A DNA stretch of 64,000 bases from Balanoglossus misakiensis. Lineage: Eukaryota > Animalia > Hemichordata. The first letter of the stretch is position 1, and the number at the start of each line of letters is the position of its first letter. The position numbers were made by a program, and so were the translations under genes. The stretch covers positions 14,449,129 through 14,513,128 of the forward strand of contig CM082576.2 in NCBI GenBank assembly GCA_040954595.2, in the 5' to 3' direction. This document shows positions 53,674 through 64,000 of the stretch, in pieces. Under the pieces are notes generated by a model. That model made no database searches. It had not been told where the DNA came from and was given only the letters and a program-made list of their open reading frames with translations.

Positions 53674-56600
53674 TTACCTATGTTATTTGTATAACTGTGT
53701 AGAAGGAAGTGTTTCTTTGCAAAATCTCGCAGATGGAAAAAATATTCAGAGGAACGCGTGTAAAGCATCTTGAAAACTGTCTGTAGATCTTTTTGTGCAT
53801 AAACGAAGAAACAAAGGATATTCAAGCTGTAGAGTGAGGTGGAAGGACATTTCATGTAAATAAAAGCTATATAGACAAAGCCACTTGCGATGTTTCATTT
53901 ATACACGAAAAAAAATCCTCAAGGTTATATACATGAAGATTTGTTCGCAGTAAAAAAGAACTGGTCAAATTCTTCAGTATATTGCAAAAACTGCCAGCCA
54001 TTTTGGCTACCCTAGCTTGCCCATGACTCCATGAGTCAGGTAAATGTATTACTGTAACAGCAGATTTATGTAAGCGGTCCGAAATCGGTACCGGTTTGGG
54101 GGCGCAGACTGGACTGCTTACATACCTAATTCGGTTATGGTTAAAGCAAGGTCCAAAGGTGCACCTGCTATAAATCGTTTTCAAGACGACGCAATAGATC
54201 TACGAATCCAAAATTTCACATGGCAAAACATGACTCGAAAACTCGGCAAAGTGGTTTAGGTATAACACGGTAAGCGACCTGGTACATGTGTTTGCGGACA
54301 CTTAGTCGATTAGTCTTGCTCCAAGACTGATACTGAAAATGAAATGCGCGTCCGTTACGTATAGAACGTCCTAGCGGACACTCTACGGTCCTTGGCCTCG
54401 CGGAGTCCTCAGCAGTTGTCTCGACTCTCAAGATCTGAGGAGATGAACACAAATAGGAAAACAGCAAACACAAATAACACGAAACTCGTAAGATGACAGA
54501 ACTCCCTTGACCTCTACGCGATCTGTGCCGTATAGAAGTTATTTTCAGGAGTGATGCGGTGTACTCTGCTGTACTTTGATTCATGCATTCCATCTAAGGG
54601 AACCTTTTTATTTGCATAGCTTTCGCATGGGGCAGTTATTTGAAGTTTCAGTCATCATAAAATGCTTATGGCCTTTAGAGCGATCAATGGTACTATTTAC
54701 CTAGGCAGCGAAATATTTAAAGTATGTACAATACGTGAATGGACAGGGCCTCTCAAGTTGGAAAACCTTTAAAACCACGAACATTTAGCGAAGATTGGTC
54801 CAGGTAACAGGCACTGATATGTTGCTTGGTCTAGTTTTTTTTTTTTTTTTTTTTCATTTATATCTTGCAATTAATGGGCGAAGCAATATTGATTACAATA
54901 ATGATCACAATAAGCAATAATGATTACCGGTTATCTTCGCAACAATGAATGACAGGGGCGTGCGTGTACAATAAATTTATTTGACTTAGACGTTGATATC
55001 GATGCGATTGCACTCGCCGGCATGATGGTAAACCTCTCATAAATAACACAATGGAACATAGGTACAGTTGACGTGTACCGTGTGTGACCTAACGACAATA
55101 TAGATAACCTAACTGGTCCTAAGGTTTATGTGATATTTATTACAATCATTGTGCTGCCTGCGTACCAGAGGACAACAGCCATAGCGGAGACTGCTTACAG
55201 ACACTGGGCAGGTGAGAATTATTTGTGTGACAAGGCAACGTTTAGGATGATAATAATCGCATGGCAATCGTAGCGAAACAGGTATATGGCAGGTGCTGGT
55301 GTATTTTCTGTGAACAGTTGATACCCTAGGCTTTAACACTCAACACTGAGACAGGTTAACGGTTGGGTAATCACAAGGATGGAAAGTAGAGACTTACTCA
55401 GGAAAATGATAGAAATGTAGAATACAGGTGTGATTTCTTGGCAACTCTTCACGAAACTGGTTTTAATGTTGTGTTTTTATTAAGTTTGAGTTAGACCAGC
55501 CAAGTTCCAATGACCACATTGTAACACAGCACTCCATGGTCGCGTTGTGTGTCACGCTTTGGCAGAATAAGCCATGAATCAAAGCGGAACAGTTACCGTT
55601 ACGCGATCCCATGACTTGTAGTCGCTTATGGCTGTGACCTCCGCCCTCGCGAAATGGCGAATAAATTTTCCAGGTAAAAAGTCGGTGCTATAGCTCGTGG
55701 CCAGGCAATTTGTGTTCAAAAAAGAAATTGCCCAAAACGGACCCATGAAAGAGCCTCACAGGGTTCAAATATTTTCTGATTACGCCATTTTTCTGACCCC
55801 TGAGTGTTTTATGCTGGTTTGGTTTTTAATAGTCATAATAGAAATATTTATTATAGTGACGTGGTCGTCGCGCCGCGTTGGTTTCCCCTTGATGAGAATA
55901 TGTCCTCCCATACCAACGAAGAAAAATAAATCACCGTTTGTCTTGCATAGGTGAAGACTCCACGTAGTCTGTTTACGAATGACTATAAAAGTTTACCTTT
56001 CAGAGGACAATATGAATGTCAAAAATCGCATCATTCCTGTAGATTCTTTCACTTTCAGTCGAGAAACAGGGTAGTGAATTTGCATATTTTATCATTGTCG
56101 GAGCCTCGTTTTCGAACACGCAGAGGCATTCGCAGCCCCCGCTGCTGTCATATAAACACATTTCCCCCAAACAAACAAAAAATCAACAACTTTTAAGACT
56201 TATTATAAGTTATTATCGGGATTACGAACGAATCCGGCATATTTAGCTTTTTTCTTGCAAATAACGACCTATCTAAGGATCAGTCATTCCAGTGACTGAC
56301 CACGCTGACTAAACTTCAGCTCATGGGTTAGGGGTCAAGGAGGTGGTCGTGAGCAATCACGATAGTTCAGATTTCAGACATGATTTAGAAAGATTATTGA
56401 TACTTCAGTCAAATTTTGGAAGTAGTACCCCCTTGCAAACGGATACAATCGGAAAATAGATTACGGAGAGGCACAGTTTGGTGGCACACAAATCTCACAT
56501 TTTGGTGCAGAAAAAGACGATTTTCGGTGACTGAAAAATCGGTTCTTAAAGTTATGGTTTAACCTTTGCCATTCAAAGATAAGTCTCACTAACATATGCA

Positions 56601-56816
56601 AATTCACGATTCGTGTATATTTTGGACGTCACTAGCCTAGGAGGAAGTTGGGGTAAGCAGCGATTTTCATATGACTTTATAAACCCCATTATTAAATCTA
56701 AAGCAAAGGGTAACGTTTCCTCTTTAATGAATATAAAGGGAGTGTTGCACTTTAAATGTTGCTATTTGGTTAGACCGGGTTTTCCCATATAGAAACAACA
56801 GAGACAATGACCTTAA

Positions 56817-57620
56817 GGGACCGTTCAGTTTTAGGGGGGGGGGGGCCGGCAAGTTTGTGTCATGGGTTTTCAAAATCAGGCCGACCCCCCCCCCCTTCAC
56901 CCAGCACCAAAAAATGATGACCCCCCCCCCTTTGACAGACCCAAAAATATGATGACCCCCCCCCCACGCTGAAAACATTCGCTGCCTGATCCTATGTACA
57001 CTGTACATGAATGCAATAAAGGGAATAAGGCTCCTCACACCTCAATTATAAATTTCTTAAAGTAATTGAAGTATAAAATAGTATATCGTTGCAATAAAGA
57101 AATCTATAAACAAAATAAAATGACATGCCAATACAATAGTTGCTAGAATTGGTAAAACAAGAAAAGTGGCGGGGGTGGGAGGGGGTGTCCCCCTCCCACA
57201 TAAGAAAATTTTGTAAAATACCCGGCTCAAAGTTGCATTTTAATGAACTCAAAAGCAAATTAACTGAATGTTAGGCAGGACAAATTCTAATTTTGCCACT
57301 CCACTCAAAGTAAGCATCGGGGGTGGGTGGGAAGAAGTCTGCCCTGGTACACAAGACAAACCAGCGAATAAATGATATGTGGCGAAGAATGGAGGGGATG
57401 GGTGTGGGAGGGGGTGTCCCCCTCCCACATGAGAAAATTTGTAAAATAAAGGGCGCGAAACTGCAATTTTGCGGACTCAAAAGCAAAAGTTCGGTGGCAA
57501 AAGTATGTGACCCCCCCCTAAACGTTTAAAAAAAACAGATGGCCCCCCCTTTCGGACTTCAAAATTTAAGTGACCCCCCCCCCCTGGATTTTGCCGGCCC
57601 CCCCCCCCCTGAACGGTCCC
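56817..57620. mobile_element. Non-autonomous PIF/Harbinger-type element
   Basis: TIRs gggaccgttcag..(g)nccggcaa / ttgccgg(c)ntgaacggtccc, with TAA duplicated on both flanks. Confidence 0.85.
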
Positions 57621-58086
57621 TAATGTGATCCGTCCATTACTGTGTGTATGTATTGTTATGCAAAGTAGCTCGTGCTGGCGTATAAAAGTGCATAAGAGGC
57701 GAGTCATAAAGAAGGAAGTTCTCCCTGTAAAAACTGTCGGCGCAATTTTTTTTTATAGAATTGAGTTCTGGTTAATATCAATTAACAAAATAGGTCATGT
57801 TGTGTTCAATATAGACAGTTTGCCCTTTTATTAACTCGTTTGTTTAGCTTTGAAACATGCAGTCGCATAACACGTGAAATTCCACTCAAACTCAGCTCAA
57901 CTCAACTGTTATTCTAAATGACCGAAGAGAAATGTTAAAAATCCATTGCGAGACTTCCAGTCGTTTGAAAGATTAAGTAGTTTAGACAGCCTGCATTCTA
58001 CACGAGTTTGACTTCACTTCCCACTTCGGTTTTCATTGCATCTGCTTTATATAAAATGTTTCCCTTTCCAGGTTTTAAAATCCAGT

Positions 58087-61000
58087 ATGAACGAAAAGCA
58101 GCAACGGATTTTGGATGGTGCCCGAGACCTTCTCATGAAGAACGTACGCGTTGCACTAGTCATTGGGAAAACCCAGCAAATATATCCTGGTGTATTTACT
58201 GAAAAAGACATGAGAGAAATAAGGGTAATCGGTTAAATTATGTCGATTGATAAAGTCATGTTGACAACACCTTTACTGAGACTAAACTGCTTTGCACATT
58301 TTTGTGTTTGATTGGCAATTGATTCTAAATATTTACTCGTAAAACAACGTATAAACATAGACAGAGACTGTCTATGGTATAAAGACAGGCCCTGACTTGC
58401 CGCGTTTGTGGCTGTTCTAGTTGGCGGTGAAACTGGAATTCGCAAATAGCAGGAAAACTCGAAAACACAAATCCACTCAACTATGTGTGTTCTGTAATGT
58501 GATGAAATATAATGGAGAATGTTTCCCCGAGTCCTTATCGTAAGGCTTCAGGGAATTTCTTTAGAACAATACATTGAGTTGTAGCCAACTTTGGGATTCT
58601 CGCCTTATAACGTTTTCCCGGAGCTAAGTTTGCACACAAACAAACAAACAAACAAACAAACAAACAAACAAACAAACAGAGAGATTGACTGCATGAATGA
58701 CTAACTGACTCACTGTCTCACTGACTGACAAACTAACATTTATGTTCCCTTCCTGTTATTGATTTATCTCACAAGGCATAAAAAATTAAGATTGACCTTT
58801 ATGCGCATTGAAGGAAAATGGCAACAATAAATAAAGATATGTATTGAAAGTAGAGAATTACAAGTATTGCATATTATGTAAACGTTTCATCTTTTAACAG
58901 CGAGCAGGTGGTGAGCCTGGTCTAGACTTCGTCCTTGACGTCTTCAAGAGGCAAACAAAAGGATTTGCCCTATTATATCAGGTTTTGGAGGTGACAGGGC
59001 ACAGCCAACATGTCCTTGGCACATTGTCACCCGGAACGCCCCGCTTTCCACAACCGTCTCAAGACGTTAAACGTATAATTCCAAGTGCGTATTATCATAT
59101 ATTTTAGTGTATCTCATATATTTATTATTTTATTTGAAGTTTGTATTATTATGTGTAACCACGCTTTTGTTTCGAGAACTAAGGAATGTAAACGATTTAA
59201 AATACGCGAATGCTAAACTACAATTCTTATTTGTGTGCAGCTACGACAAAATCTAAAGGCGCAGCATCTGAGTTTCGTGGTAAGTATTTCTGTTTTACAT
59301 TCACAGAAGACAGAACATGAGATGTGAACGACTCTTAGATAGAAAGCCTATTACCTGAGTAAATAAGACTTCGAAATTTAAACAAATACCATTTGGTGTT
59401 AACCAAAATATGTATGTGGTCGGTGAAAATCACTGGTATTAGATAAGTGAACCCACACGCGACATCAGCTTTGCAAATCTAACGAGTGTAAATGTATCAG
59501 TTCATAACCATGGTAACCAATAACTCTGTTCCAGATACAGCTCGTGCTGCTGCTGCTCCCACGGAAAGCATTAAAGCGAAAAGTGTACATGAAGGTAAGT
59601 AATCATGTGTATTTTTTAATTTTTGCAAAACATGTAGTGGTATCGAAAGAGTGATGTTTCATGAGTCACTGGACTCACTCATCAGGAGACTAAACTCGTG
59701 AGAACACAGTGGGAATACATGGTTACGGGTGGTGGAATGTTGGTTGGGATGGGCAGTTTTGCATAGCAATGTGTAACTGCTGTGCAATGTGTGGGGAGTG
59801 TCAAATTTTAGCTGTTGCATTTACTTCTGTGTCTGCATGAGGACCCGAATTCATTTCTTTTATTGAGAGGGATCGCAAAAATTGGCATGAAAATAACTGC
59901 TACGGTTGGACCCCTACGCGACAACGTGACAAAAAGCAGGCTTATTCCTTAATGTTCAACATCATGATCTATTATTCTAACCAATCACTCTCTTTCCGAC
60001 ACAGCTGCTACTCCCACTGAAAGCATTGCGCCGAAAAATGAACCCCAGGGTAAGTAATGATGTGTTGTTTTCTTCCCAAAAGATGTTCTCCTAGCTCTAC
60101 ATGCATTGATATGAGGGGAAATGTAATCTGAAATCGCGTTGTCTATGGAAACCAATATTTAACTCGCACAAGATCATGTATGGGCATCAAATTGCCGCGG
60201 CAGTACACTGGAAATGTAAGGAACGCCAGCGTAAACAACCACAATTTGAAACTAAACGAAATACGAAATGGACTTAGAAGAAGATTTGTTTCCCGATAAT
60301 TATCGTAGGTGTCATTCTTGATGCTTGTATAAACGAAAACTTCTCTTTTGAGAAAACAAAATAAACTGCTAAATTAGCAGAACTTAAATGAGCGAGAGTT
60401 GAATTAAATATCCTGTACATTTGGAGAGGGGGCAGCGAGACGGAGAGGGAGATGAGACAGTCAACAGATGGCCTCTCGCATTTAATGTTCACAAAATTTT
60501 TAAGATGGGTCTTAGTTGAAGCCTACTATAATAATAAAACCCCATCAAAACCTTGTTAGTCTCTAATATTGTGAAATTCTACTCTCCCACTTCATTGCTA
60601 GATCCAACGAGTCTTGCCATATTGCAACAACTGCAAAGCATGTCTGCAGTAATGGCAACTAAGGATGATATGCGAAAGATGGTGGGTTCAAAAACGGATA
60701 TGCTGCTGAAGAGAATGGATGCTGGTAACGCTACCATGTTAAGTGAAATAAGCAAATTAAAAATCGAATTGTGTGACTTCAAAAAAGACATTTCAGAGAG
60801 GCTCGATAAGATAGAAATGGTTATGGAGTCATTGCAGGAAGGTGAGTACATGTACTTGCAATACTGATATCTGCAGCTGCGGTGTTGCAGAATTTGCAGT
60901 CCAGTGTTTTTTTGCGGGCAAGTTATGTGGAATGAACGACTTATACTTATGAGATATGCACAACATTTGATGGTGGTTCTGCCATGGCCATTGTATTCTC

Positions 61001-62824
61001 ATTTAGGTTGTCTTCTGGAGTTAGCTCCCTTGTGATTTATGTGTGTATACTCCGCTAAGCTTTGCCAAAAAAAAACAAGGGTGAAGAAAAGTATATTTCA
61101 GTCTGTAAAACCTTTGCATGCAAGACTGTGGTGGTTCCTGTATATTCAAGTTTTATATAGTTACATAGTTTCCAACTTCACCATCGAAATTTGATCAAAG
61201 TTGATATGGATCTCACAGTCATCCGAATGCATAAGTGAGATTAGCAGTGCCATGCTCAGTTAATTTGTATATTTCGGCAACCTTTATAACTGAGCTAACT
61301 GTATCGAACTTGCTAGAGACGATATTCCAAAATAGCTTGGACGGTATTGTATTGGCTGCGACTTCGCACATGACATATTATAATTGGTGATCTGTTTCTG
61401 AAATTACTGTGCTTATCACCAGTGAAATAATTACCTGTTCTATTATGCCGGTAACATTGCCAGTACGTTATCCAAAAATGTTTATTATATTCTTTGGGTT
61501 GCGCCCAATATGCCAATGTTATTGTTTATCGTTTTAGACAAGCTATCAGGAAAGCAAGAACGGGCAGATATTATTGAGAAACTCGACGCATTGAAGAAGG
61601 ATTTTCTGACAGTCAAAGAGGATTTTGAACGTAGGTTTGAGATATACAACAGGCTAGAGAAGGAACAGGGTGAGAAAATAATCATAATTTTAACCTTGCT
61701 TTCTTATATAGCACATTATATAATAAATTATCTCAATACGATTTACAATAAAGTAAATAAGTGACAACAATGAAACAAGTGAAATTAAATTGTATAATAA
61801 ATCAGAGCACTTTACTTAAATATTTCAAACAAAACCATTGTCGTCTGCAAAGTGGACTTTTGATAGCGCAGTGTGTTGTGTAAATGTATAGCGTGACCAT
61901 CTCGGCTGTGTGAACTAATTCACCCCACTATCTTTGATGATTCTACGTTCTATTACTTGAACAAGTACATGTATATGGTCAGAAGCACTTTATCAAAACA
62001 GTAAATGGGATTGCATGCATTTACATAGTGTGATTTTTTTCTAACTTAGGAAACTCTGGAGATGATCTTGTGAATGCCATATGGGTCAAACTGAACGCAC
62101 TAGATGTGGACAAGAACCATATGTGGCAAGATATAAAGGATCTGCAAATTGACGTTAAAAGATTGCATGCTAGTATTGAATCAATCCACCAACCAGGTAC
62201 AGATATTGACTAAACTTTAAAAATCGTTACACCAAAGACAATCTCTTTCATTCATTCATTCATTCATTCATTCATTCATTCATTCATTCATTCATTCATT
62301 CATTCATTCATTCATTCATTCATTCATTCATTCATTCATTCATTCATTCATTCATTCATTCATTCATTCATTCATTCATTCATTCATTCATTCATTTGCT
62401 CGCGCACTGACTCATTAAATTGCTCGTCTTCATATAGGAAGACACTCATGGACGAGGTAAATAAATGCGCAGTATAGGATAATTATTTCTAATATATCTT
62501 GCAGTTTTGAACATATCTTCTGAAGACGCGGGTCCAGGAGCTGCTAGTCTAACTTTCGCCGACCCAATCACAGAAAAAGACGCTCGCCTGATCGCACAAA
62601 AAACCCAAAGCATCTGGCGCCTCTTGGCAGAAGAAGTGGAAGTAGAATTTACCCTGAGTACAGCGAAAGGCAGAGGCGACATGGATGATGAAGGCAAAGC
62701 TGAAGCAGTAATTTCAAAATGGCTGAGAAAAAATGATCAAAATCCTCCAACGTGGGGGGCTCTTCATGCCATAGTGTCTAAAATTGACAAGAGTATTGCT
62801 AACGATATCTGTACGCTTCACTAA
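58087..62824 (+). CDS. CARD / coiled-coil / Death-domain adaptor protein (434 aa as spliced)
   Basis: Exons 58087-58224, 58901-59084, 59241-59279, 59535-59594, 60005-60049, 60602-60841, 61538-61669, 62050-62196, 62505-62824 join in frame. CARD-like MNEKQQRILDGARDLLMKNV...VFTEKDMREIR...FVLDVFKRQTKGFALLYQVLEVTGHSQH. Heptad-rich middle exons. Death-like IAQKTQSIWRLLAEEV...AEAVISKWLRKN...TWGALHAIVSKIDKSIA. Confidence 0.75.
58637..58677. repeat. (AAAC)n microsatellite
   Basis: Directly visible. Confidence 0.9.
62247..62396. repeat. (TTCA)n microsatellite
   Basis: Directly visible perfect tetranucleotide array. Confidence 0.95.
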
Positions 62825-64000
62825 TATGTCTGTTTGCTACCTTCTACAAACACCAATTAGAAATTTGCCTACTGGAAACTGTGAGATAAGTGGCTAAACA
62901 ATGTTATACATGATTGAAGTCGTTTACTCTAGAATTAGACAAATATGTGCCCGGTTTACCTTTGCGTTCTTCCGAAATTATATCTGACAGGAGACTACAA
63001 AAAGCCAACGTTTGCTAAACAAAAAAATCCAAATTAATTTTATGTTTATTAGAAGTGTTGACAGCTCGTTGTTTCGCGTGCTTTGTTTGGTTTGTGTGTG
63101 TGTGTGTGTTTAGAGTAGGTTGTGTGAGCCAGACAACCTATATCCGTCCATGTTTGTAGAAAACATAACGTTTTAGAGATATATTTCATTTTGTACTTCA
63201 TTTGATTTAACATTTTCTTTATGTATATACAAGGAATACATTGATAAAATTATGCATACATGAGAACGAGTAATGTTAATAATAATCGTTTTCGAAAGAT
63301 TCCAAATGTCGTATAGCATGCTCAGTGATACAGACCGGGTTATAAGTAGTTAATTGATTCACAATCTGCTACTTTATGGTTTTCTGTACGTGAAATTACC
63401 AATTCACAGTCACACCTATACTTGCAACATTCAGGTAGCACTTAGCACTTCAATAATTGTCCACTTACAATATTTCAGTTCACACATTCATTGATATACT
63501 ATAAATCAATTTTACAATTCACTTTTTACTTAGTTTTATTGTTGGAAAACAATTAATGACATTTACTGTGTCAGATATCTTGTAATATTGAGATGGTTAT
63601 TTTTGCTTGGAGTTCTGTGTGGATATATTAATGTATTTTGGTACATAAATGTACCTTGGTGTGTATTCGACAGTATTCGGATTGAAAAGCTGTTAAATAA
63701 ACGAGTGGGCTGCACGTTTTAAGATAATAACCCGGACCCAAAGTGATTGTGACTCGGTGCAATGAGGCACGTAGTCATGACCCGAGAATGACCCAACTGT
63801 TTATTTATACCACTGAGCCGATAGCCATTGACCCAGGTAGGCGACCAGCGGATTATTAAAGTCCTACCATAAAAAAGGGCAACAGTTTCACCCAAGACTT
63901 GGGAATAACACATTAGTTCAAAACATAGTTCTCATAAACAATCAATTTGGAATAAGGCGTCCCCACAATGCAAACTTCTGAACTCGCCATGCCAGTTACC

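Noticed and set aside
53867-56200. Several 60-125 aa ORFs between the TIR and CARD genes
   Set aside because: No recognisable domains or consistent exon chain; likely non-coding, old repeats or 5'UTR exons of the CARD gene.
62438-62456. AG/GT-bounded 19-nt candidate micro-exon in the CARD-DD gene
   Set aside because: It would shift the frame and leave a 48-nt intron; direct splicing 62196 to 62505 is already in frame.
1-64000. CRISPR arrays, operons, rRNA or tRNA genes
   Set aside because: The sequence is eukaryotic with spliceosomal introns; I saw no repeat-spacer array or structured RNA gene signature.

Overview
AT-rich, intron-containing animal genomic DNA. It looks like a marine invertebrate, plausibly a non-vertebrate deuterostome such as a hemichordate; this is inferred from gene content and repeat style and is not proven. 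I spliced seven protein-coding genes by hand using GT-AG boundaries and frame continuity. (1) The 5' part of a RIN/Sprint-family SH2 gene (minus strand, runs off the left edge), head-to-head with (2) DDX52/ROK1. (3) A 444-aa bHLH + HMG-box gene with the MEIOSIN architecture, which the ORF track misses almost entirely. (4) CPSF2 (minus). (5) An N-terminally hydrophobic protein with a degenerate START-like domain plus a STARD9-type START domain and no kinesin. (6) An intronless TM-TIR gene that has lost its LRR ectodomain and its BB-loop proline. (7) A CARD/coiled-coil/Death-domain adaptor built from phase-1 exons. Introns and intergenic DNA carry several MITE families (TTAA-, TWA- and TA-target types) and microsatellites. 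The most notable items are the MEIOSIN-like gene and the TM-TIR plus CARD-CC-DD immune pair. No database searches were run; family calls rest on recalled motifs.
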